The notes beneath the pieces are model-generated. The model was given only the letters and a program-made list of their open reading frames with translations. It was not told the DNA's origin and made no database searches. 64,000 nucleotides of DNA from Vezdaea acicularis. Lineage: Eukaryota. The stretch lies in NCBI GenBank assembly GCA_026025075.1, contig JAPEUI010000020.1, positions 62,001 through 126,000 on the forward strand, in the 5' to 3' direction. A program made the translations under genes and the position numbers. Below, piece after piece: positions 40,701 to 54,565 of this stretch. Position 1 is the first letter of the stretch, and every line of letters begins with the position of its first letter.

Positions 40701-41076
40701 GAGTGCTAAGAGCTGCGGGAGTGTGTGAGGATGCCGATTTCGAGGACGAAATCGCTTCCAAGGGGGTGGGAGATTTAGAAGTGCTGGCGGTGCTGAAAGT
40801 CGAAGAAGAGAGAGTCAAGGCCGAGGTTGTAGGGAGGTAATCATCGAGATTCGGAATCCCTTTGGGTGTGGGATCCTCCACCGGACTCTCTTTTGCTGGA
40901 AGGTTTCCTGCGGGAGTCTCAATCGCAGGTTGTTCTTGTGATCCATAATTCCTTAAATGTTCAACGCTAGAAGCGGATGGTTCTTGGGATTTTCCAAGTC
41001 GCCTCCAATGCAAGAATGCTAATACTGAGATGACTGCAAAGATGAGAACTCGATATCTCCGCAGTCGCATAAGCAT
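37709..41076 (-). CDS. Class I alpha-1,2-mannosidase (GH47), type II membrane protein (4 introns)
   Basis: N-terminal anchor, then [86 protein letters not shown] and a spliced terminal NTEAHP. Confidence 0.92.
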
Positions 41077-41705
41077 CCTGCCAATTGCGCGGCTACAAGG
41101 GATAGAGGGTGCGGCGAGGTGAAGCAAATACACGCCTTAGAGTGAAGAGTGTCCTCTAGGATATCGCAATCATCCTCGTAAATTAAAGCACTCGCAAGGC
41201 GATGGGACCAACTAACGGTCCTGTTATCGAGACTAGGGGCGCCTCGGGTGCCAAGGGCCGGATCGAGCAAGTGATCGCGCGTCGCGGAGACGAAAACTCG
41301 CTAGATTTTCTGCGCTAGATTAGCGTGTTAAGTTCTGGTCATTAAGCTTAATTTTACCAAGGAACTAGAGGACTTGTTCCCACTAAGGGGTACCTACACC
41401 TCTCCTCTATTGCTGCTGAAGAAACGTAGGTCTCGAAAGCTGCCGTACCGACGTCACGAATCAGCATTGAAGTGCGACAAGCGATTTAATGAGATGGAAT
41501 AGAATTGGTGGATCCTATCTACATCAAGGTTCAACAAAAGCAGTTATAAGGGTGCACAAGATTGCTATTACAAAACACGAGCTCTTTCGTACCGCCGTGT
41601 CATAGGAAGGAGCTTCTGTCAAAGGAATCCCCTCTTCAAAGGGACGGGTGCAAACCAAGAATCCATGCTAGCCCCTAAAACGCCGTTTTAATGTATGCGC
41701 TTGAA

Positions 41706-43223
41706 CTAACTCTTCGCGACAGCGGACGAGAGAACCTGTGTCCGGAAGAAAGCCCCTTTTGTCCTCTCAATGACTTGCTGATATACTGAAGAAGGCGGAT
41801 GGTTCATCACCACTGTTCCTTCCTTATAGTCGATCTTTGCGTCAACTCTTGTATCCCTAATAAGATTGACGATCCACTTTTCTCCCTCATCTTGACTCAG
41901 ACCCAAACGTGTGGAAAGGTCCCTTGGAGGAAATTAGAATGTAGCTCAATCATAGCAGCTCAATAGTTCAGGATGCACTCACTTTATGTCAATCCGTTGA
42001 TGGATCTTGCAGTATGATTCCGAAATGAGGTGACGAGCAGAGTCGACAAAGCTGTCTGCATTGCTAGAAAGGAAGAAATCAACAACCATGACCTCTTCAG
42101 CTTCTATAAGCTTCTTTTGAGCTTCCTCGAAATCGAAATCGATGTACAGAGCTTTTATAAAATCAGTGACTGGGTCATTATATTCGTAATTCTCCTGCTT
42201 GACTATTCTGATCAGATCCTTCAGCTGCTTTTGATATTGTCCAGTATTCCGACTCCTATTTCGATTCGTGATGACAGCAGCCGCCAGATATCTGAGTATC
42301 CATGGGCAGTTCGTCTGAATTGTGTTGATGTATGCGGGAGAGAAAAGTAGTTCGCAAATCGTGTCGCGGCCAATATCATAATTGAAGAATGGGAACAAAC
42401 ACCAATGAATCAACCAAGTTCGGTGGTGGAGTTGCGCGAGGGGGTTGTTGAACAGTCTTGAATCGATATTCTCTTTCACCATGTTGATCTCGGTCATAGC
42501 AACCTCCCAATTTGCAGTAAGAATCTCGGCGGCCAACTTTCCCCAAGTAGCTGCACCAACTTTGTCATTGTCCGTTGACTGAAAGCTAATTAGAGAGGCA
42601 CTTTGCTGGCGCAGGTAAACATACAAGGACTCGAAATTGATAGAGCAGATCTGAAGCATTTGCGTAGCTCCCACAATTATATTGAAATTTCCCATAATCG
42701 TAGAGAAGATTCACGTCTTCAATCGTAACCTGAAAATATCGTCAGCAGAGACGATAAAGTGGTTGGGGCTGTGCAATACATCATGCTTTTCCTTCAAGAA
42801 TTGCAGATTTGCAAGCTTGTCACTTCTTAGACTGCCAGTAACCTCCTCATCCTCTAGAAGCAGCCTCAATTTCTCAGTCTCATCAGCGAATATATTTAGC
42901 CTCTGCAGAACTTCTTCTCTTTTCTTTGTAAACTCTTCAGGGGCTTGGTCCTTGTCATTTATTTCCATCCAGAGGTTCGCAACGTAATCGAACATGTTGG
43001 TTTGCTTGAGGAGCTCATACTTTGCCTTGGTAATCTCATCCAGCGGCTCGGTCTCAGAGCCTGAGACGAATTCGAGAAGGGGAAATACTAGATGGCGATC
43101 AAGGTACGGTATTATTTTTGGCAGAAGGTCGTGTTCTTTGGCAATTTCTTCGGGAGTTTTCGGGGCTTGTGTGCTCGCTCCGTTGGTAATATCTTCGGGG
43201 GAAACTGGTTTACCGTCTGCCAT
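41706..43223 (-). CDS. INT6: Translation initiation factor eIF3 subunit e (Int6; 3 introns)
   Basis: [29 protein letters not shown], and a PCI domain (ISESYCKIH...[10 protein letters not shown]). Confidence 0.94.
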
Positions 43224-43470
43224 AATGATCGTGGAGCTTCCTGCAAGTCTCAGTTGAGAGAGACGTTCAAGTCGTGAGCTTCATGTAAAGCCGAAAAATG
43301 AAATTCATGTTGGTTCGGAAGCAGGCCGCTTGTGGGATGCCAAGAGTTCTTGCGCTAAGCGGGAAGAGAGTCGCAGATCTTTCATACTTGCTTTCCCCCA
43401 CGGCCTCTACATTTGCAACGAGAGAATTTATCCTTTGGTTGGATGTAGCTTGTGACTGTACGATTGTTAC

Positions 43471-43992
43471 ATGGCCTCATTGGTTGTGCGCTCGCAACGA
43501 GCAGTCTTACAACGTCTTGCGCCTAGCTCTTCCCGGCTTAATGGCTTTGCCCGAACAGAAAGCACCGCCCAGCTTCCCTTAGCAGGTATGGCCTGCATAC
43601 AGTCGAGCAAAGATAGACTTCCTAAGTAGTATGCAGAGGCAGCAGCTGTCAAAGTGCAGGTAGCCTCGAAGCCACCACCAACTGAGAAATACTTTGTATC
43701 GCGATCAAAGTCTGGCAACCTCCCAGTATACCTGCAGGCAAAGAGAGGAGGAAACCTCCGGCAAACCAAAATACAGAAGATAGAGGGCGATGTTTCGATA
43801 TTACAGAAGCAGCTAATCGAAGCATTAGCCTTAAGCAAAGATCAGGTTACTATCAACTACCTGACCAAACACATAATCATCAAAGTACGTTTACTATGCC
43901 AGTCCAAGTCTAATAGATTATGCTGATGATTGTTTCTTTAGGGTTGGAAGAGACAGGAGGTGATGGATTTCCTCGGGAGTCGGAACTTTTGA
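43471..43992 (+). CDS. IMG2: Mitochondrial ribosomal protein mL49 (2 introns)
   Basis: Presequence exon, then YFVSRSKSGNLPVY...TKIQKIEGD...HIIIK|GWKRQEVMDFLGSRNF*. Confidence 0.85.
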
Positions 43993-44389
43993 ACTCGTTT
44001 TTATCACTATCAAACAATCCTGACTTTCTTTCTCACGTAATCAAGTCGCGCCAATGCTGCATAGTACAGGAGTTAATGCCAGCTTCAAAATATTCATGAT
44101 GCCATAGCCCTGGGTTTATAGCCAATCCTCTTTGCAATTCATGGAAACGATGTTCACGTTTGGCTCCTCGCTACTCAGCATGGGGGATACAGTGCAACGC
44201 TAGTTAAAAGACGAAGCAAACTTAGAAAGTTCGAAGAGGATGAAGGCTTCTGAGACAAGTTTTCTAACAATACGTGGTTTGGTTCAGGAAGGTCCTTGGC
44301 CTGAATATGCAAGAACTACGCAAGACCTAGAAGTACTATCAAAGTAGTACATAAAAAAGCCCCTATCTACGCCATTTAATGCATGGTCT

Positions 44390-47300
44390 CTAACTTTCAA
44401 GCCCATCAAAAGCACAAAGTTGCCGCAATAGCTGAGTATCAATACTCGGCGTAAGTAAAGCACCAAGCAGAGACTCTTTCTTCGGGAGGACACCGACTGG
44501 AAGTTTTAACTCGTTATTTTCCGGGTCTTGAGCCTTTTCCGCAAGCTTCCGAAGCACTGCCATGCCTCTGTGGACGATTGGAATGAAGGATTGTGCGTCT
44601 GGGTCGTGAACACGGCCAGACGGATGTCGCGCTGGCGGTGCCCTATCCATGCTTAGTAGACATACTAGTCGGAGCAAGCTTGGTGCGAAGCCGTCCTCGG
44701 AGGAAAGCCAAGATCTTGCGAGTCCCGACTCGTACCCGGGAGCTAGGTTGGCGAGAATCTCAGCTGCGAGCATCCCTTGTAGTAGGTAGGGCTTGCGAGC
44801 TTCGACAATGGGTATCAAGTTGCCCTTCGTGTGCTCGGGAACTGGAGAGATGGCTAGCGCAAACGTACGTGTTAGGAGATCATATGGAATTAAAGATGCC
44901 CCGTCAGCTAGAAATAATGTCTTATAAAATGTCCTGTTTGGCTCATCTCGAGCTAAAAGCTGTGCAAGACTATCAACAGCGAGGAGCAGATAACGGTGGA
45001 TCGAGGGTTGATAAGGTGAGAACATGATCTTATCGTTGCCCTGCAAAGTGGGCGGTGGACACGGCGCAAAAGCTAGAAGGAAATGAAGCAAGGCTAGGGC
45101 TTCGTCTTTGCTCGGAAGCTGAATCCAATGGCCTAAATTCGATAGGTAGATGATAATGTCCTTCATGAAATCGAGAGTATTGGCGTTTGTTCGCAGAAGC
45201 ATGTTTCTAGTCCCTAGGTAACGGATAACTGTTGACAAAAATTTCACGACAATAGGGTCAGCCAGGACCTTGTGATTGTCATCAAAGAAAGAAAGATTTC
45301 GTAGTATCGTCGTTATACAGATAAGGCGTTCTACGGCTCGGTCCAGTTCATACTCGTTGGTGCCAAACGAAGGCACGTCTTGGAGAGTCTCGACCTCACT
45401 TCGACATCCTCTGATCACGTCCTCGTATGAACTTATAAGGATTTCGTCAGATACTTCGGATGCATCTTCTGCTAATGCATCAACTTGCAGTTCAGCGCAG
45501 TCTATCAAGGTCTGTACTAGATCTTCGCAATGCTGGAGTTGCAGCTGGAATTTTGTGCGAATAGCGTCTGACGATCCGGAGAGGGTCGCGAGAGTGTCCA
45601 ATGCCAGCCTGACTTCGGCATGTATACCAGACTGAAGGCTTCTTGTCAGTGCGTGAATGTCAATGACACCAAGCTCCAGAAAGTCAGGAATGTCTGGTTT
45701 ATAATGTGTGACCTCAGCCCCAATACCACTCAAGACCGAAACATTGATTCCGCCATGCGTATCAAGCATCCTAGCCTTAGGCTGGAAGTTTGGGTTAAGA
45801 GGAGGCGGCTTCTTGACGCTAGGAGCGATTTGTCCATCAAATTGGGTCTGAGGAGATTCGAGATTAGGTATGCTACTCTGTTTGCCTGCAGATGCTGGTG
45901 ATGGAGTTGGGAACCCGCTCTGTTGATTTTGTGGAGGAGTTGCGTTCATCGGCCGTGGAGCACTAGACTGGGTCTGATTGAAGGCACTATGCTGACGAGC
46001 GTGTAGTGCATTCTGTTGCGGTGTAGCGAAGCCGTTCATGTGCCCAGAGCGCTCATCGCCCTGACCAGGTGTTGATGGTTTTGCAGGAGTGAGTTGTGGT
46101 GCTTGCGGTGTTTGAACCTGTTGTGGGAACGCTAGAGGTCCTTGCGCTTGGAAGGGAGCGCTGCCCTGCTTTATTGGAGAAACCAGCTGAGGATTAATGC
46201 CGACAGCACCTGGCTGCAATCGCTGTTGTACCATGGTGTTGCCGGACTGGGCTCCCATCAACCTTTGTCTCTGGCTTTGACTTTGAATATAGGCTTCCTC
46301 ATAAGCAGCCAGATTCTTCCCATATATATTCTTGATGGTTTCTGAAGAGTTTCGGTACTGCCCGTCGGCAGGTATCTGAAGGTCCGCTGCTACTGCCATC
46401 CACGCGTTATTTTGCGACACTTTTTTGGAACCTCCTCTCTTCATCACACTAGTATAAAGTTGCATCAGATGAATCCGCCGGTCACCCACCATTGGCTGTG
46501 CATCAATTTGCTGGCCACGGGAGCTCATGAACTGAGCCAGGGCTTTGAGAAAGCCGTCAGGGTGACCGGGACGTGTGATCGGCTGCTGAGGTCTCATCGG
46601 GTTGACATTGAGGGGTGCATTCGGATTTTGTCCTGGTTGGTTCGCCATCATACTCAAACCCCCTACCTGCTGAAGACCCTGAGCTTTTATGCTGTTGGCT
46701 TGAATAATTGCCTGACGTTGCTGCTGCAGCTGCATCTGGTAATTCCTTGCCATGTCGTGTGGTTGCACTGGAGGTCCTGAGAGCGGCTGCTGAGACCCAG
46801 GCGTCATACCTGGAGGGGGCGTAAAATTTTGATTGAATCCTGGGCCATATTGGAGGCTTTGCATATAGATTGACGGATTGTTCTGAGGTGTATTGACTCT
46901 ACTCGCATGGTCAGAATGCGCTGGAGACATCTGTGATGTGAACCCCTGCATTGAAGGAAATGGACTGGGAGACGCCGTTTGGACCCTTTGAGGACCGGCA
47001 GAGCCACGATACTGCTGGTTCTGCATTATAGGTGACGGACTTGCATTTGTTGAACCACCATGTTGCAGGTGTTGGTAAGGGTTTGGCTGCGAAAATGGTT
47101 GCGGCGCATGCTGACCAGTTGGAAATCCCTGAAAGGGGACCTGCTGTGGAGTGTGCGATCGAGAGTTCGGAAGTGCGCCGGGTGTCTGGCGTGGAGAGGC
47201 TCCCAGACTGTCCTCTCGCGGACGTGGTCTCTTCGCTGGGACAGAAGGAGGAACCTGGTATGATGGATTTTGGAAAGCAGGCGACGTGTTTCGCATGCTT

Positions 47301-47476
47301 CCGTTGCTCATACGCTGCTGTAATTGTGTATTTGGAAAGCTTTGCAGGTCGAAAGAGTTCGAAGACGGCATGAAAGCCATCGAGGGATCGAGGACGTTAG
47401 GGTTGTTGTCGAGTGGGCTGTCGAAAGGCGCGCCATTGCTCTGCATGGCACTGGCATCCCCCATCCATGTTGGCAT
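44390..47476 (-). CDS. SWI1: ARID-domain SWI/SNF subunit (Swi1/Sol1-like)
   Basis: Q/P/N-rich N-terminus, ARID domain (IHLMQLYTSVMKRGGSKKV...W...Y.KNLAAYE) and BAF250_C-like region (SLQSGIHAEVRLALDTL; ILRNLSF). The start is taken at MPTWMGD and is uncertain. Confidence 0.82.
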   Translation of the reverse strand: MPTWMGDASAMQSNGAPFDSPLDNNPNVLDPSMAFMPSSNSFDLQSFPNTQLQQRMSNGSMRNTSPAFQNPSYQVPPSVPAKRPRPREDSLGASPRQTPGALPNSRSHTPQQVPFQGFPTGQHAPQPFSQPNPYQHLQHGGSTNASPSPIMQNQQYRGSAGPQRVQTASPSPFPSMQGFTSQMSPAHSDHASRVNTPQNNPSIYMQSLQYGPGFNQNFTPPPGMTPGSQQPLSGPPVQPHDMARNYQMQLQQQRQAIIQANSIKAQGLQQVGGLSMMANQPGQNPNAPLNVNPMRPQQPITRPGHPDGFLKALAQFMSSRGQQIDAQPMVGDRRIHLMQLYTSVMKRGGSKKVSQNNAWMAVAADLQIPADGQYRNSSETIKNIYGKNLAAYEEAYIQSQSQRQRLMGAQSGNTMVQQRLQPGAVGINPQLVSPIKQGSAPFQAQGPLAFPQQVQTPQAPQLTPAKPSTPGQGDERSGHMNGFATPQQNALHARQHSAFNQTQSSAPRPMNATPPQNQQSGFPTPSPASAGKQSSIPNLESPQTQFDGQIAPSVKKPPPLNPNFQPKARMLDTHGGINVSVLSGIGAEVTHYKPDIPDFLELGVIDIHALTRSLQSGIHAEVRLALDTLATLSGSSDAIRTKFQLQLQHCEDLVQTLIDCAELQVDALAEDASEVSDEILISSYEDVIRGCRSEVETLQDVPSFGTNEYELDRAVERLICITTILRNLSFFDDNHKVLADPIVVKFLSTVIRYLGTRNMLLRTNANTLDFMKDIIIYLSNLGHWIQLPSKDEALALLHFLLAFAPCPPPTLQGNDKIMFSPYQPSIHRYLLLAVDSLAQLLARDEPNRTFYKTLFLADGASLIPYDLLTRTFALAISPVPEHTKGNLIPIVEARKPYLLQGMLAAEILANLAPGYESGLARSWLSSEDGFAPSLLRLVCLLSMDRAPPARHPSGRVHDPDAQSFIPIVHRGMAVLRKLAEKAQDPENNELKLPVGVLPKKESLLGALLTPSIDTQLLRQLCAFDGLES

Positions 47477-47811
47477 GGCGCTATGAAGTTGGCTCATAGT
47501 CGTCCTTTGAGCAAAGGCCACTGAGCTGGCTCAAACATAGATGAGATGCGTGCGCGTAACCTTGAAGTGTTGATCGTGAAGAAAACGCCTATTGGAGTTT
47601 CGCATCGGTACGTCCGGTCACGTGCTGAATAGCCAGGGGTGCGGTAACACTCCTTCAGCCTAACCTAACTTGGATCTTGCCGCTTTACATTTCGTATTAC
47701 TGAGAGCTCTTGCTCTAAACATCCACTACGAGCCATCATATCCAGACCTTGAGTTCTCTCTGTGTTTAAAAAGCAAGAGGTGAAGTATTTGATACTCAGT
47801 AGGCACTCGAT

Positions 47812-49450
47812 ATGGGTGATCTTGCCGTGGAAACCCCTGCAGCTCAGCTACCACTCCATAAAAAACAACTCCCGTCGTCGATACCAAACATCGATTCACT
47901 TGAGGGCATTGGTACAGATGGAAGCGATGAATATTCTACTTTAAAGAAGCTCCAGCGGCATCTTGAGTATGCTCTTTGTATCTTTCCTTATGAAGATATT
48001 AGCTTTACTAATGCCCGACCTTTAGATATATCAACCTACAAGAGGAGTACATCAAAGATGAGCAGCGGTATGCTTGCAGCCTTCTTAAGATTATATTACT
48101 TGACGGTCATAACGACTAACGCCTTGTAGGAGTCTCAAAAGGGAGCTGATAAGGGCACAAGATGAGATCAAACGAATCCAGAGCGTTCCATTAGTGATAG
48201 GGCAATTCATGGAGGCCATTGACCAAAAGTGTGTAGAGTCCAAGGAAGCAGTGGATGATAACACGGTCTGCTGACTCTGATACAAGTACTGGAATCGTAC
48301 AGTCATCGACAGGCTCTAATTACGTGGTCCGAATACTATCAACTTTAGACCGTGAGAAGTTAAAGCCATCCTCCTCCGTTGCGCTACATCGCCATTCAAA
48401 TTCGCTTGTCGACATCTTACCACCAGAAGCCGACTCATCGATAGCAATGCTTGGGGATAATGAGAAGCCGGACGTGACGTACGCTGACGTTGGCGGTCTG
48501 GATATGCAAAAGCAGGAGATCAAGGAAGCCGTGGAGCTACCCCTAACGCACTTCGACTTGTATAAGCAAATTGGTACGTGATGAGGAGTGTCTGTTCAAT
48601 GATTATCGTGCAAGCTAAGTTCTCTCCGCTTCAGGTATTGATCCTCCCCGAGGAGTCTTACTTTACGGACCACCTGGTACAGGTAAGCCGTCTCTTTCTT
48701 GCCATTTTCGCCTCTTTCCCCCCCCTCTTTTTTCCCTTTTTCGCCTCTATTTACCACCTGGTACAGGTAAGACCATGCTGGTCAAAGCAGTCGCAAATAG
48801 TACCACTGCCAATTTCATAAGGGTCGTTGGTTCAGAGTTTGTACAGAAGTACCTGGGAGAAGGTCCACGAATGGTTCGCGACGTTTTTCGGATGGCACGT
48901 GAGAACTCTCCTGCGATCATCTTCATCGACGAGATCGATGCGATCGCGACGAAAAGATTCGACGCACAGACTGGCGCCGATCGCGAAGTCCAGCGTATCC
49001 TCTTGGAGCTACTGAATCAGATGGATGGTTTTGATCAAACTAGCAACGTTAAGGTCATCATGGCCACAAATCGAGCAGACACGCTCGACCCTGCCCTGCT
49101 TCGACCCGGCCGACTTGATAGAAAAATCGAGTTTCCTTCTCTAAAGGATCGAAGAGAACGACGTTTGATATTTACCACAATTTCTTCCAACATGTCACTG
49201 TCGCCAGAGGTCGACTTAGACTCTCTGATAATTAGGAACGACCCACTTTCTGGAGCAGTTATCGCTGCGATCATGCAGGAAGCAGGCCTTAGAGCTGTCC
49301 GGAAGAATCGATATAACATCATACAATCTGATCTAGAGGATGCATACTCCAGCCAGGTCAAAGGTGCTCAAGAAGCCGAAAAGTACGTGTCTCTTCAACC
49401 GGTGTGCGTAATTCACGGCTAATGACATTAGGTTTGACTTTTACCGATAA
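47812..49450 (+). CDS. RPT3: 26S proteasome AAA-ATPase Rpt3 (6 introns)
   Basis: [61 protein letters not shown], and a spliced HbYX-type tail FDFYR*. Confidence 0.96.
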
Positions 49451-50272
49451 GAAAATCTGTATGGGGCGTAGCTGCTCCTTAGGTTGGCTAAGCAGCGTCT
49501 GTAGCATAGCGATCAGTTTATAGAAAATAGAGCTTGTATGAATAGTGCTCAAATAAAGCATATAAGTGCACCTGGAAATCCTAGCGTCGTGATCAATGCA
49601 GGTTTTCGCAAATTGTGACCCGTTTGCATTACAAGCATATACCTTCATAAGCTAGCTATTCTACTTCAAGCTCGACTTCCAGTAGCGCTGGCGCCTGTGA
49701 CACTTTGACTCATAAGCATGACCTTCGCTCTCTGGTTTAATGACCAGACATGGGTAAATGGCCTCGAAGTTTGTAGTCTTTTAGAGATGATTGGAATCTA
49801 ACAAACACATGCTCTTTATTTACGTTACCGAGACTGCCGATAATCCTCTTGTCTTGAATTACCGCCAACTGCAACCGTAAATCCCCCCAAAATAAACAAT
49901 AAATATGTGAAAAAAAAAAAAAACGAAAAAAAATCACGATCCATACATGGTGTTCGGGCAAAGCTTAAAATTATTTGGATTGGTTATCTGTCCTTTGGGA
50001 CTCTCAACATACAGTCGTGCACATCATCCGAGCCTTTTTGCGAGACAAGGCTGCCGCGCTTCGCAAAACACCAGCCACTCGCTTACTGCACTGGGCCAAC
50101 AGCAAGCTTCGTCATTCCGCAGCATCCTTCTTCCTTGTCTATCTCTTCATCCAACCTCAGATACCTTTCTTTGGTTACTTCGACGCCGGGCCATCTTACA
50201 ACGGCTCTCAAACACACTTCTGTCGGTCTCTTGAAACCAATTACGATACGCTGACCTTTATCGGCCGCAATC

Positions 50273-51608
<1,336 letters not shown>

Positions 51609-52557
51609 GCTAGCTCTACATGTTCGTGCTTGTAGTTGGATGTTGGCTGACACCGGAAAGTGTCACTGGACGGATGTGTATGCATGGAACTGAGTAGCAA
51701 GACTGCGTCTCAAATTTGTCTGAGTAGATACCTCTGTACCTGAGCTGTTTATGGTCTTGCGTGGTCCTTCCTTCCAAGTGTTTCTCTACATAGTGATAAC
51801 CCAATGCACGAATTTCAGCTGCTTGAACCAGTCGCCTGTATTGAAACCTGATGAATCTAGCAAGCACAATTTTGAAAAGCTTAACTCTGCAGTGTATTAA
51901 AATTTCCCGGCCTTGCTTCTTCTCTAAGTCCACCGACATCCAAGCACCCTTGATGAAAAGACTAGCTAGAAGCTCAATGAGGTCGACCAATACTATATTA
52001 AGGTGATTTGCTACCTCTTCATAACCTTTAGTTGATAGGTATATATGACCATCTCAGCTAGCATAGTTCTTGTCGTCTGGTCAAGTCTTCGCGTGATCCA
52101 TAGAGACACTCTCGATGTACCTCCCTAGGGCCAAAATGACAATCACTAGGAATAATGAACGAGCTGTTAGAATGAATGATGGTTTTAGGACACCGAGAAG
52201 CGTGGCGTTTGAACTTCATGGGCAAAATCATAGGGAGTATCCGCGGACTTGCGGGATAGACATTAGAGCAAGCATACCAACTCAGCTCAGGCGGAACCGC
52301 GAGACAAGCATTAGTATAGAAGCAACAAGATTCAGAAATCAATACTCTATGGGACTAGATCGGGCAATACTCAATGGCGGATTTCATGGCCACTGCTTAC
52401 CACTATTGGAACATAAGCATCGCTTTCGATTTTGATAATGCTGTACATAAATACCCTAGCGCCTGCTTGTTTTACACCATGCTGCTTTGAAGCCAATGAG
52501 CTGTGAATAATGGCCAATGCCTGCCCGATAGGAAAGAAGAGGGTAGAAGCTTGATAT

Positions 52558-54201
52558 CTACTCTTTCTTATCCTTTTTCTTCTTCTTGGTTTGTTCGCCG
52601 CCATCTGCTTCACTATGCCTTCGCTTCTTCTCCTTTATGGACTCTTCCCCACCTTGTTCTGATTTCTTCTTCTTCTTATCTTTCTTGTCTCGTTTCTTCT
52701 TCTCCTGTTTTTGCACAGCGCGTGGTGTGATGTCCGCCATCTCTTCATCACTATCAGCTGTTGGATGATCCAGTTTGATATCTGCTAGGACCGAGTCCAT
52801 CGCCCCTTTCTAGAAAATGATTAGTTTCTGATCATGCCGCAGAAAAAGATGTCGCTCTCATACCATAGCATCTGCATTTTTCATTGGCGCAGTACCCGTA
52901 GCATAAAATTCTAATCGCTCTTCTACCTGCCTCTTGAGAGCCTCTCCAAACTTTCTTGTGGGTTGTTCTGAGAAATTGTCGATTCTCGAGGCTATACTGC
53001 ACTTGTTCGCAAGGAATCGGCTTATTCTGCCTTTGTTCTTTTGCCCAGCCTTACCAATGAAAGAGCTGTGGTATATGAGACCATACTTCGGCGTATTTCC
53101 CTTAGTTTTAAGTGCACGGAACAGTGCCTTCTCGGCGCCAAGAATCTGTACCGTACTTGCCGGATATTTGGAAAGGTTGGTGAGCGAACCGGCATGAGAT
53201 ATTAGACGTGCCCCAACGACCTCCCCAATGAGCGAAGCTAAATTAGGCGCAACAACGCTCATTTTAGAGACAAGGTAGCTAAAGAGCGTCTTCCTGTACT
53301 GCGCGAGACTGACTACTCTCCGAGCAAAGGAGGAGATGTTCTCCAAGTCGGCCTCTGAGATATCTTGTCCCATGCTAACCCTTGCAGCGTCAATAATGCT
53401 TTGCGCGATATCCGCATCATCGTTGACTACAGCTGCTAGATCATGGAGTTTGCCATCCGATAAATTTTTCTTCTCCCCTATGAATAGCGCAAGCTTCGCG
53501 TAGGTGTGATTGTCTGAAACAATCTTGATGAGCTCTGGGAAATGCCATGAGTACCACTCTCTTACTCTCATGGAAAAAGTATTGATTGCTTTATCGAGAT
53601 GATCCAGCGTAGCGATAGCTTGTATGATGTGATTGTCATTTTTCTGCACACTAAACTTTACTCGAGCGCGAGAATAAGCATGGCCGAGACCGAGTTGCGC
53701 CCGCTCGACGTCACCCTCTTGGAGCTGTTTGAGAAGCTTAGGAGCATGAAGACGTATGCCACGCAAGAGATCCTGGACAACGTCGCTTGTGTCGCCCGTC
53801 TCACACGAAACACCTGGGAAGGCCTCCTTGATGCTCCCTGCCAAGCCTTTGTCCGCTATGCCTAGGACTATTTTCCGTTTCTTGCTTGGTTTTGGCAGAT
53901 TTATTTCGAGGAGAGACCGAAGGTATTCTGATACCATGCCTTCCGAGATATCGTTCGCATTCTCTAACGCTTGCGCGGCTCCTCTATGACCGTGTTGAGC
54001 GAAAGCTATTACAGATAGAGGAAGGACTTACTGGAATGGCGCAAAGCTCACGAGCTTGACCATTTTACCAAACTTTGCAAGATCTTGTCCAGCATCTTGC
54101 ACTTCTTTCAATCGATTACCAATCGTGTCAGGCTGATGGACAACTTGGAAAATTGCATAGCCAACGGAGCTCTCGTGGAGCAAATAGTCGACTGCGGCCA
54201 T
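52558..54201 (-). CDS. NOP56: Box C/D snoRNP core protein Nop56 (2 introns)
   Basis: [34 protein letters not shown] domain [15 protein letters not shown]...[19 protein letters not shown], and a K/D/E-rich tail. Confidence 0.94.
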
Positions 54202-54565
54202 GATGATGCTTGATTGATGTTGCACAGCTCTTGGCTGTAGTAGCTTACAAGAAAGGGTGACAGCCGCCGGATGAGATTGATTGGATATTCGTGAAAAGTC
54301 CACCAAACCTCATGACTAAATGCGATTCTTGATGCGATGCTTCTGATCGCTGATTTAGCGGTAGACAAAAAGCTGTGGCCCGGACAATTCTCGGTTGTGG
54401 GAGCATCTCAGATGTCTTGGCGAAATTTATGCAAGTTATAGGCGCGTTATTCGCACGCGAATTCGTTAAATAGTTCATTCTATTGTAGAAACTTTTCTAG
54501 TTTCCACTGGTCTATCGAAAACTCCCACGCTAGAATACAAAGAGGAATTCTACCTGACCTTCATA

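Noticed and set aside
49909..49932. Poly-A tract upstream of PEP4
   Set aside because: Ordinary promoter poly(dA) tract, with no target-site duplication or retro-element body.
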